The position numbers and the translations under genes were made by a program. The notes beneath the pieces are model-generated. The model was not told the DNA's origin. It saw only the letters and a list, made by a program, of their open reading frames with translations, and ran no database searches. From NCBI RefSeq assembly GCF_001194135.2, contig NC_068999.1:4184356-4248355 (forward strand): a DNA stretch of 64,000 nucleotides, given 5' to 3'. Numbering within the stretch: position 1 is the stretch's first letter; each line of letters opens with the position of its first letter. Source of the DNA: Octopus bimaculoides. Lineage: Eukaryota. Positions 11,958 to 24,800 of this stretch are shown here, piece after piece.

Positions 11958-14900
11958 TATAGATAGATACTGTGTGTAGATGAAGAAATTGTATATGTGT
12001 GTGTGTGTGTGTGTGTATATATATAGATAGATACTGTGTGTAGATGTTGAGATAAACACTGTGTGCAGATGCAAGTGACCAAAGGTCAGTAAGGACCAAA
12101 ACGACGTACTCACCCCATGTCACTTTGAAGTGATGTGCATGGATTTTGCCCTTCACCTGAACTTTACTTGGTATACCTGGGGGTCCTGGAAGGGTCTGGT
12201 AGGTGACTATTTCACTCCATTTGCTAGGACCCTCCTCATTTTTGGCTGATAACTAAAATTAGGTACAAATCAAACAACATTTGCAGGTGATTAACAGGGA
12301 AAGTTAATTAAATGTGGTGAACATAAAACATAGTCATACTTAAAACAATTTTACAAAAAAATAAGTATAAATATTAGAAAATAAAACAAAAAAAAACACA
12401 TTTGATGTGATGGAATGGCAAATCTCCTTCTGACTTGTGACAACATTGTTGTTTTAATATCACAGTAATACCTCACCATATCACGGTTCACTTAGCACAC
12501 ATTCAGTATATCACGGTTCACCTATCGCACCCTCTGGCTGAATTATGTAAATTTATATTGCAAATTTCTCAATACAGTCATGGGTAGATGGTGTCCAAGG
12601 GTCATACTGAAGACAATCCATCTCGGAGAAGGAAATTTTTGAGATAAAAACCATTCAATGAAGATTTGCAACCAGCTGATAGTATTTTGCACAGACAAAA
12701 ATTATAACAATATAGCTATGGTGATGATATCACTGATATTAATATTGTTTGTCATGATGGTGGATAATGAAAGTGGCAATGATGATGAGGAAATGCGTGC
12801 AGATTTATTTCTATTTACCCTGAATCTGTAGTCAGTGTTCCGTTGTAAATTTGGCACTTTATAGCTACAGTTTGGACCATTGTAGACTACAAGGAAACCG
12901 TGTCCCTGTAAAAGAAAGAAGACAGTGAATGGTGTTATTTGAATTTGAACCTCACTGTGAACTGTAAACAAAGTGGTTACATCAAAAGTTTTATCTCTCC
13001 GTGGACAGAAAAAAAAAAGCAATACCAATCTGATGTTACTAACCTTCATCAGAGAAACAGAAAGATTTATCATTGCTATTTACAGTAGATACAAACCAGG
13101 ACACAACTAAACTGATTTGTCTTATTTACACAATCAAGAAATAAAACTACTCTGTTTACTTTCCACTGAGAGGTTGTACTTGTATGTTTATCAAAACAAA
13201 TTTATCTGACATTTCAAACCACCCCAAAAACAATGTGTTGTGCATTATTAGTAAATTAATTAATCTTGAATGTGATCATATCATCTGATGAAGGGGATAC
13301 GTTATGATCATATATCACATGACTGGAGGATCTTATATTGTTGATCCTCACATCATAACGATTAATGACGTATGTGGTAATAATATCATTATGAGGAGTC
13401 ATTACATTATGTCATTCTGATGTATTTGTTACATCACATACAGTGTTTATACCATGTAGGGTGTGTTATGATATTATTACGATGCTGTTACATCACAGGT
13501 AATGTTATATAACGACATATGAGTTGTAAGTTTGTGTCTGATCCCATTAATGTTCCAATGTAATTTAACATCGAAACACAGAGGGACCAACGACGGTACA
13601 CATGCAAAGAAAAAAAAAAGCTTTCAGACAATAGCCATCATAGAAGACAGAACCAGTGTAGCAAAGATTATGGGGCAATCATTCTGAACGATAAAACCAA
13701 AACCCCTCCCCTACCACACACACACAAAAGCAGTCAAGGAATCTCAGCAAAGTTTTACTTACAGTTGTCTCATCTTCCATTTGTAAAGTAAAAGTCTCGT
13801 CACTTTGTCGTTTCACCCAGGAGAGGTTTAAGGAATTAATCTGACTTGTGGTGATTGTAGGGGGATCAGGTTGAGGTGGAACAGTCCCACTTGTGCAATA
13901 ACTTGTCAGTTCACTAAAAAGGCTGAAAACAGAGAGAAAGAGAGACAATGTTAACAGGAATTATGCTTCTACCATAGTCTTCAGTATGGGGTTGATGTAA
14001 TCGACTAGTCCCCTCCTCCAAAATTTCAGGCCTTTTGCCTATAGTAGAAAGGATTATTATTATTATTATTATTATTATCATTTTCTCTTTATCAAAGGTT
14101 TGGTTGGAGCTCCTGGAGTCTTGCATGCGTATCAGGCTTATTACCTTCAGCCTACGGTACCATGCTATTCGTTCTTTTACAGCTCTCTAATACTTTCCTG
14201 ATTATTCTGGTTGTGCCAAGGAGGAAAACCTTTTGCAACAGTTCTACTAGGAACCCCATTCCAATTTCCTTTATATTCCCCTTGATGCCTTCTGATACTG
14301 ATATCAACTCTCTCCCTCCCCTAAAATTTTCAGCCCTTGTGCCTACAGTAGAAAGAATCATCACACCAACCTTTTGCCAATGCTATTAATAGCAGCTAAC
14401 CGGAAAGTATACTTGGTGCCAGCCTGTAAATAGTTAATACGATGCTGTTTCACTAAACCACTGTACACTTCATAGAATTCTCCATTGTTTAAGCCCTGGA
14501 AAAGATAAGAAAACATGGTAGACATTAAGCACCAATGAACTGGTGGTTGGGGGGGGGGGGTCATTCAGCAAAAATGGAGGAAAACGAGAGGGAAAAAATA
14601 AATTTACTTTGGTTAATTACAGCCAAGTTAACAAGTGCAGTAACCTGATAAAACCTCATTGAAATATAAGATGTAGATTGACTTATTACAAGTGAGCATG
14701 GAACTGAGAGGCTTTGCTTGTAAACCTTGTGACTTCCTTTCCCTCCTCTTCTATTTTCTCCTCTACACCGATTTTCTAAACATTCCATTGGTATTTTCAC
14801 AAAAGAAGGAAGCTGCGACAAGATGTTAACCCCTACTGTTTTATCTGGTACAATACCAGGGTTTGATCTTTATGGAAATACATCAAACTAAATGTCGACT

Positions 14901-16462
14901 AATTCACAACCGTATTAACTGGTTCTGAGACAGAGAAGAAGAATCTAGAGCAAAGAAGACAAAACACACACACACACACACAGAATGGCAGGCAATCTTC
15001 CAATCAAACCAAAGAGATGTTTCCAAGAGTGACATCCTTGACAGGAATCTATCTGGTACTTTTTCCTTTTGTGGTGAGGGGGGGGGGGAAGTCAATTACA
15101 TCAGCCCCAGTATTCAACTGGTACTTACTTTATCAACCCTGAAAGGATGAAAGGCAAAGTTCAACTCAGAACATCAAGACACAAAATGTTACTAAGTATT
15201 TCGCCTGGCATGCTAACGGTTGCTCTGATGGCCGTGTCAGCTTGCCACCTTACAGCAAACTAAAATATTAAACCACAAACATTGACGGATTACTACAAGA
15301 GCCATCATTTGCTCTTTTCTATAATCCACCCTTAAACATTGTCCACCCCTAATTATTGCTTCTCTTCCTCCTAGTCCACCTCTAATCATTAATTCCTATC
15401 TCAAAGAATGACAAAAGCAATTTGGCAGAAACATTCAGTACTGCAAAATATTTTATAAATTGCAAAACAGGTTTGGAACCGCACCCGTTTCTGTAACCAG
15501 AATCTCTTTAAATACAGAAGTAAATAACAAGAAACACCGAGTTCTTCCTCTTGTCTGTAATCAGCAGACATTATTCCACTCCTTTTTAAATACCAAAACA
15601 TTTTATTTTAATTTAATTATAAAGATAAACTGAAGATTAATCAAAACCCTGAAATATTAATTGAAGGAATTGGTAAATGTGGATGGTAGAGGGTTAGACA
15701 ATTTAGCAGAAATAACACACTCGGCTCACCCCAGCAACCAATTATCCCCCGGGGTCATTTACTCAACTATCTGAGAAAGAGAAAAAGAAAAAATGGTAAT
15801 ATTCTACATTTGGCTGGAGGATATAATGTTGCTCTAAAAGAGAATATTAAAAGAGGCCTTATCAGATAAAAACCTGCTGAAGCTGATATAATATGAGTTT
15901 ACTGCTTTTTAAAACAGTCGACCACACAACAAGACATGAAGGAGATTCTTCAGAGTCACTTCAAGATGGTGTAGAAAAAAAAAGAAATAAGAAAAAACGA
16001 TTCTCGTAGAATCAAAGACAAAAACTATTTTGCAGTCTTCAAAATCTAAAACATAATTTTTCATTCTCAAACATTCTCCACTGCCACCACCCTGCGATAG
16101 ATGTGTGATGAGTGAGTAGTTCCACTAACAAAAAAGATTGAAGAATTCTACATTTATTTCGTTTCCTACGTTTTCTCAAAGACGAATGGGAGCAGCTGAA
16201 CAACAACAACTACAACTAAAATGAATTGAATCAAACAGATTTTTATTTTTCTGTTTTATCTTCCACTCATCAAACTGTGGCCATGCTGGAGCACCCCCTA
16301 GACGAATTTTAGTCAAACACATCAACCCTGGTGCTTGGTCTAATTTATTTTTAAGTCCAGTGCTTATTCTATTAGTCTCTTGCTGAGCCACTAAGTTACA
16401 GGGATATAAACATACCAACACCAGTTATCAAGTGGTGACGGTGGACAAACACAGACAGAAAG

Positions 16463-16497
<35 letters not shown>

Positions 16498-19400
16498 CAA
16501 CAAGCTTCTTTCAGTTTCTGTCTACCAAATCCACTCACAAGGCTTTGGTCGGCCTGAGGCTATAGTAGAAGACACTTACCCAAGGTGCCATGCTGTGGGA
16601 CTGAACCCGGGACCATGTGGTTGGTAAACAGGCTACTTACCACACAGCCACTCCTACGCCTAAATATAGTCATCATTATTTATCGTCTCCATTCCATGCT
16701 GACATAGGTTAGACAATTTGACAGGAATTGGCAAGCCTGGCAGTTGCACCAGGTTCTAATGTCTGCTTTGACAAGGTTTCTACAGTTGGATGCCCTTACA
16801 GAGTGTACAGGGTGCTTTTTATGTGGCACCAGATTACATGCATGTATGTGGATGGTGTCCAGTGTGCTAGAAGATCACTGGGAGTGAGGCACCCCTCAGC
16901 TTCTGTTGAAGCATGTCTCTTGGAGAAGGTCACTCTGATATAAAACCAGATATGCAGGGAATGGCATTGGACATTTTGGGGATCTTTTGGTTTGTGATAG
17001 CGATCATGGCGCTCCCACATCCCCGAGCCTGTGGCTCATATTGGCACCAGACATCTTGCTCTGGATAATGTCAGTAGAGTGGAGAGGGTCTATGAGGTGT
17101 CATGCAAGCCTTATTGGACCTAAAACTCTGCACAGGCATTGCTGACCTCTGACCATCACATACACAGGTATGTATATGTATTAAATGTGTGAGTGTACAG
17201 GTGTGTGTGTGTGTACTAATATAAGTATATGTTCATAAGTGTGCGTGTTTCTGTATTATACAAACAAGAAGAACGACCTACCTTATCATATTCTAATGAA
17301 TATGTTGATATTTTTGAACCATTTTCACAGGCAGCCTGAAAAGAGAGAAGAAAACCGCAGTTTTATTCATCTGAATATATTTCCATCTTTTTCTCTCAAC
17401 AACAATAATGGTTTATCATACCACCACCACCACTGCCGCCACAACAACCATCATCATCATCATCATCACTATCATCATCATCAAAGTGGTGTACAGTGGT
17501 GGTGGGGGAGACCAGGTCATGTAAGTGCTGTATGGTGGTGTTGGTGGTCATGTATGGTTCTTAGCAGTGGTGATATTTATGGAATCACGAGGGTTGTGGT
17601 GGAGGCAGGAGTGGTATGATGTTATGCAGTATTGGTGATGGTGGTGGTGGTAGCGATAGTAGTAGTAGTAGAGGTAGTGAAGAGTTATTTAAGGCATAAC
17701 CACCCCCTCCTTGTAACACCCACCCACCCAGCTGCAGTTCACTAATTAACAGCAGGTGTAGGTGAAGCTTGCATCAAGATGGAGACAGAGAGAGGGAGTG
17801 GATTGAACCTGCTACCTTGGCCACTGAACAAGCAGCAAAGAGAAAACAATCTCTCCACCACCACTGCCCTCCTCCTCCTCAACACTTAATCAACTATAAA
17901 TGAGCCATTATCTTTATCACAAGATACCGGTAATATGTTGGGGAGTAGATATCAAAAGTGATCAGCTCTCTTACCAAAATAGGTCCCTCTAGCTACACAA
18001 GAACTTACTATCATCATCATCATCGTCTTTGTTGTTGTTATTGTGTCAGGCTGGCAGAATCATTAACAGAGTCAGAAAAAAAAATTCTTTGCATTATTTG
18101 TTGCAGCTCATTACATTCCAAGATCAAATCTTGTCAAGGTCACTCAAGCATTCCTGTCTCGCTTCTGTCTCTTCAACTCTCAACACCAGTGTCCTGGGGC
18201 CGTCCTGGGCCCTGTTTCTGGCCCCAGGACACTGGTGCTCAGAAATCCCATTTCTATTGTGTCCATATGACTTGGCACTATTTCAAAGGGGGCATTAGAA
18301 TAAATTGACCTTACTAATCTGAAAGTGACGGATGGCTATGGGCTCAGGCCAAAGGAATAAACAAAAAAAAAATACAACTTCCACTAAAATGACGACGACG
18401 ATGATGATACAGTTCTAAATATTGATTGGAAGCTATGGAGGTCATTACCAATGCCCAAGAACAATATGGCCACATTAATAGAAATCTGTGGATGTCCACA
18501 GCAAAAGAAAAACAAGGGAAACATTGTGGAGCCAGAATTTTTTTCTGTCTTTTAGTCAGGAATGGGGGAGGCGGGGGTTAAAGCTTTTGGCTTACCAGAC
18601 TCCGGTCGAACCGTTCAATCCATGCCAGCATGGAAAACGGACATTAAACGATGATGATGATGAGTTATCTACCCATCCATCCATCTCATACAATGTAAGC
18701 AGGGTAGTAACATAGCATGGAAGAAATGGGGGAAAATGTCATGGACAGTTGTTGAAATGTTCTTGGAGTGTCACAGAGGAAAAGCAGGAGGACATAGAAG
18801 AATAGTAAATTACTCTGCTGGCAGCATAAACATATGGAGATGATGATGATGATGTATGTATGTACATGTGTATTAAGTAAAATTTTTTTGGAATGTTACA
18901 ACTCAGGAATTCTAAACAGCACCAATTCCTTATCATATTGCAGGAGGTAAAAATATTTTCCACATTTTAGAAACAGATGAAGCATTGATTAAAACAGATA
19001 TAACATACTTCATAAACAACAACAATAATAATAATAGTAAACAAAGGAAAATATGTTATAAAAATCGTTGGAGTAGTTCTTTAATTGAAGTTATAAAAAA
19101 CTTGAAATTCCCAAAAGAAGGCCCTGTGTGGCTTGGAATAAGAAAACAGGTGCTCAAAGAACATAAACAGAAAGCTATTTTGGAAATCTCATTTGTCCCT
19201 TGGAGAACAATTTCGAAAAAAGGCAGTTGTTATAATATTTATTTCGGGGGGGAAAAGGAAACCAACGTTGCTGGAGTGTTATACACACACACACATACAC
19301 ACACGCTTATGATGGTGCTGTGTGTGTGTGTGTTATTAAGAAAAGAGAATTCTTTCCTACTTACATTCCACTTTAATAATAAACTGTTTTTAGTTTTGTT

Positions 19401-21850
19401 GGCTAATTTTGGATGTTGCGGCTGGTCTGGTACACAACATAAAGTTTTAAAGATGACCGGTTCAGTCATGCTCCCCTTTAGTTCTTCAAATCGGGAACAA
19501 GCTCTGAAAGAAGAAGAAGAAAATTAATGGTAAATGCAATTCATGAGAACTTCCACTTTTAAATGTGGAAGCAATGGAAGATAAATGGTGTGGGAATGAA
19601 AACACTGTTGGTTTGCTTGTGACATTGTGGGTGTGAATATGTTCTTTATGATATTACTGTCTTAATTGTGATGTTGTTTATGACATTGCTCGTGTAGTTG
19701 TGGTGTTGTTTGTGATATTATTATCTTAGTTGTGACATTATGATACAGTTGTGATGTTGTTTGTGACATTGTTGGTGTGGTTGTGATGTGGTTCCTTCAC
19801 TGCTCATAAGTATTTCACTGTCTGCTTCCATGATTTACTTTTGAGATTTAACAATAACAACAAAATTAATTAATACAGTTCTGTATTTAAGAGATGAAGA
19901 ATTATTTACATTATTTACATTTGACGGATATTTGTCCTCATCTTGTTTGTTGTTAACACAACGTTTTGGCTGATATACCCTCCAGCCTTCGTCAGGTGTC
20001 TTGGGGAAATTTCGAACCTGGATTCTCATTCCTAAGGTATTTTTCGATATTATTATTATTATTATTATTCAGGTCACTGCTTGGAATCAAACTCGGAATC
20101 TTGGGGTTAGTAGCCCGCACTCTTAACCACTAAACCATATGCACGGAGGGTATATCAGCCAAAACTGTGTTAAATTCAAAATTTAAATGTTACATTCAAA
20201 CAGACAACCACCACAAGTCCTCACACTCAAAGAATTCACCTAGGGTCACACCAACTGTCTACATATGCAACGTGACAACATCCAAATCTTACCTTAAGCT
20301 ATATTCAGTTGCTGGTTTTAGATTCTTCAATGTAATCTCTTGAAATGGACCACTGTAGATGAGACAATGAGAACAGTTAAAGAACTTGAGGCCAATAACA
20401 GTTCCTGGTGAAGATTATGGTACTAACAAGTCTAATTTTGAGAAACAGAAAGCAATTAAGGAATATAGATTTTAGTTTGGTTCTATGTCTGCTTTTCTAT
20501 GCTGGAATGGGTTAGATGAAACTTGTGGCAGGTTTTCTACGGCTGGATGCTTTCCCTGTCACCAACCCTTACCTCTTTTACTAAGAAAGGCATATTTCCC
20601 CCCACCCCCCCATTCCACTAGTCCTCAACCATGAAAGTTGAAACTACAAGAACTTTGCTTACCAAAGAATGGAAACATAAACACGTGTTTTTGTTTTTGC
20701 TGAGATGGTATTAATGAGGACACATTGAATGACAAACACACACATGAAGGGCTTCTTCTTAGTTTCCTCTATCAGTTTCATTCACAAAGTATTATAGTCA
20801 GCTGTAGAAGATTCTTGCTCAAGGTGTCATGCAATGGGACTGACCCCTGAACCATGTGGTTGAGAAGCAAATTTCTAAATCATACAACAGTCCCCTGATG
20901 AACACAGTGATGGTATTTAACTACTTAAAGACCTTGGAAGGGAAAAAGGGGTAAGTTGACCCCAGCTGAATTTACCTTGAAAGTACAAAAGTAAATATCT
21001 TGTCTTGATATTTAGTTTTATAGAAAGAATTATTAATTGTAACTAGCAGAAATAATGCCCTCCAGGGGTAGTGAAGCACTGACACCCCTCCCCTGCTTGA
21101 CTGGTACCTACTGTATTTTAACATGTATAAGGGGTCCTTTTTTGTCAAAAATTAGGTTAAAAAAATATGGATAGTATTATAGTCCCTTACAAAACCTTTT
21201 TCCAAATTTTAAGCCCCCAAAATTAGGGGGTTCCTTATGCATGGTAAAATACAGTGCTTCGTCGATCCTCAGAGGACAAAAGACAAAGTTGATGTTGGTG
21301 GAATTTGAACTCTCAACATAAAACCAGGAAACGACCTGGCACGCATCTTGTCTGGTTGTGCTAACAGTAATTAATGTGTGGCAGTAATTAATAACATTGA
21401 TGATCCTTTCTATTATATGCACAAGGCCTGAAATTTGGGGAGAAGGGATTAAGCCGATTACATTGACCCCAGTGCATAACTGGTACTTAATTCATCGACC
21501 CTGAAAGGATGAAAGGCAAAGTCAACATCAGTGGAATTTGAAATCAGAACATAGCAATGGACATGCCGTTAAGCATTTTGCCTGGCGTGCGCTAATGATT
21601 CTGCCACCTTTAATAATTAAAATAATCACCTGTATACTGTTCTGTATTTATCTCGGCCTTTCTCTGATAACTGAAGCTCGACATGAACTGTGGACATCTC
21701 AAACTCACTTTGGTCAAAGTCTGGAGGTGCCATTATTAGTGAGGCACTTCTTGGTTCCACTTCTTTTACCTGAAAACACAAAGACACAAATAAAATAAAC
21801 ACTTTCCCCTCTCTCCTCCTCCTCTCACCACCATCATCATCATTAACAGA

Positions 21851-21881
<31 letters not shown>

Positions 21882-24800
21882 GAGATTGGTAAGAGGTTTA
21901 AGGAACTGTTTACCCCTGTCATCAACAAGAGAAATTTACTGAGGCACAGTTGCTTGACCTGCTAGAAATAACAGTGAAATCTTTGTCAAATCACAACATC
22001 TTAAGAAAAAAAAACAAAGATAGGACACACTAAAGAGGACAGTCCTTGCTACAAAACCAATGGGATGGTCAAAGTTGGAATGTCTTTGATCATAGGCTGT
22101 TCTGGGGTGAAACAACAACATTTATCTCTTTCTGTGAAAGGTAGATTGTATAAAATTTGAGCAAAAAGTTGAATAATGGAAGCTAGAAAATCATGGAGCT
22201 GTGAATGAGAAGATTAAAGAGTGAAGAAATATGAAGTATTGAATGGCAGAGAGACATGGAGGTGTGAATGAGGAGATTAAAGAGTGAAGAAATATGAAGA
22301 ATTGAATGGCTGAGAGACATGGAGGTGTGAATGTAGAAGATCTGTGGAAGATGGCTAGAAATGAGGAAAACATAGTCTAGGGGATGTGTGATGTTTCCCA
22401 ACATGAGAAAGAGAGAGAGAGGGGGAGAGGGACAGAACATAATGAATTGAGAACATCAGAAACTTGAGCTGGACTACAGAAGAGAGATGGACGTAAGGGG
22501 GGACAAGATGTGCTGCAGTGAAAAAGATGATGTTACTGTCCAGCTGTTGTAGTTATTTAGTTTCAGATTGACCTACGTCAAACAGACATATGATTAAAGA
22601 CATCCCAGCTGTGACCATCATACCTCTTTGTTCCACATAGCCCAATAGATATCCTTTTTGAAAGACGGTAGGGTGGAATTTGAAGTGGGATCTGGCTGTT
22701 ATTTCTAACAGGTTGAGCAACCACAGAAAAGGATACCTTGGTCTGATCAAGGGAGCTGAGGGCCTGAACCTCACAGATGAGACAGCAAAAGAGTCGAGTA
22801 AACTAGGGGGGGGGGGGACTCGTCCAACTTAGTCTGTGACAGGAAGGAAATAGCAGATGTTAAAACAACAAACGCCATACACTGAAGTGGGGCGGATGGC
22901 GCAATAAAACGGTAGAATCACAACATTAATCACAGACTTGTCTCCAGTAATGCAACACAGCACCTCTGTGTTTCGTTCCCTACTGTTTCTTGTGAGCAAA
23001 CGACATAAGGATTTCTTTGAAGAGAATAAACATATGGCACTGCAGTAGAGACGTATGGGGGGGGGGAGCAAGACTGAAGATGACATAAATGTATGATCAA
23101 ACAGTACAAGCACAATCTTTGTTACGTAACCGAGTGTTTTAAAGTTAACATTCCACAATGCATAACTGCATCTATACTATACATATACAACAATGTGTGT
23201 GTGTATATATATATATATATACACTTTATTTAAAAGCAGCAGAAATATAAACGTGAAACTCCGAGTAACAGTCTTTTGTTATATTTCTGCTGCTTTTAAA
23301 TAAAGCATATTACTCTACCTCTGGTATTCGAGTACTCTTTTTTCCACCTTGTTGCACATTTATGTGCTTACTCCGGTATATATATATATATATATATATA
23401 TCATCATTTAATGCTCATTTTCCATGCTGGCATGGGTTGGACAGTTTGACAGGGAACTGGCAAACCAGAGAGCTGCATCAAGCTCCAACTGTCCATTTTG
23501 GCATGGTTTTTATAGTTGGATGCCCTTCCTAATGCCAACCCTGTTACAGAGTGAACTGGGTGCTTTTTATGTGGCACCAGCACAGGAGTTCTTTACATGA
23601 CACCATGTTTATATATGGGATGGAGAATGCATGAGTAGTGGAGTTAACTGTGAAGCGATTGGGTTTCTGTAAGCCTAACCCATCAAAGAGTAGTAACGAC
23701 ATGCAATACTGAAAACATATCCAATTGTACAACGAGACGAAGAAATGGATATGAAGGTGATATACACATAAACACACACCGCTGCCGCCACCACCCTCAT
23801 TCCCCTCATCTGCTCTTCCATGCTCCACTTGTTTGGTTGGAAGCCTTCTTTAGTTCAACGCTTTGTCATTTCTTACATTTCTTGGTCATCTTGTTTATCA
23901 TTAATTTTAACCACTTCCTCCCATGTCGTCTTTGTTTTGCTTCCTTTTTCCTGCAGGTTCGTTTTTCTTGAATTATTTTGCCCTTTTGACGAGGCTTGTT
24001 TCAGGTTCTGTTGAGTAAATCCACTCACAAGGCATCAGTCAACCCCTGAAACCACGTGGCTGCGGAGCAAACATCTTAACCACATAGCTAAGCCTGTGCC
24101 TACACACACACACACACACAGATATGAGGTCCTTGATCATCTCAGACTATGACAACCCATCTAATCTATGCCAGAATGGAAAATGGACGCAAAACGATGA
24201 TGACGATGATGCTGTCCCTTCTTCGTCTGTAAATATGAATGTCCACACAGACACACACATTTTATCTGTACTGGTCATCAGGTGGTCTTTGGGCAGTAAC
24301 AGCACCATATTAGGCTTTCTATGGGAAAAGATTTGCTGGACCATCATTTAGCCCTTCATTTTTGGAGAAAGGGTCACTGTTAGTGGTCCCTTAGGATCCT
24401 TTCTCACAGTGAGAGAGAGAGAGAGAGAGAGAGAGCAGAATTGAGCCCAGTATATGACTGGTACTTTATTGACTATCCCCCCCCCCACTCCTTCCAGAAA
24501 GAGGAAAGATATTGTTGACCTTGGTGGGGGGTCTGCTCTCAAAGGGTGCAGCAAACCAGACAAAATACCAAAAAACACATTCTAGCCCCGTGCTCTGATG
24601 TCAATGCTAATTTACCACACACACGCACGTATACATACACACACACACACACACTCATTTACCATTTATGTAGAAACAAATATTGTAATACGATTGTTCT
24701 GATCAAGTTACCATGACACGACATGGCTGGCATGGCACAACAAACGAAGGTGGTGGTGGTGGTTGAGAACACGACTCTGACATCAAACATTCGTAATCAG

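Noticed and set aside
18985-19527. 180-aa plus-strand ORF
   Set aside because: Antisense overlap of FNDC3 exon f plus microsatellites.
22192-22333. Possible CRISPR-like array or 21-aa repeat protein
   Set aside because: Head-to-tail 63-bp tandem with no unique spacers, eukaryotic intron, no cas genes.
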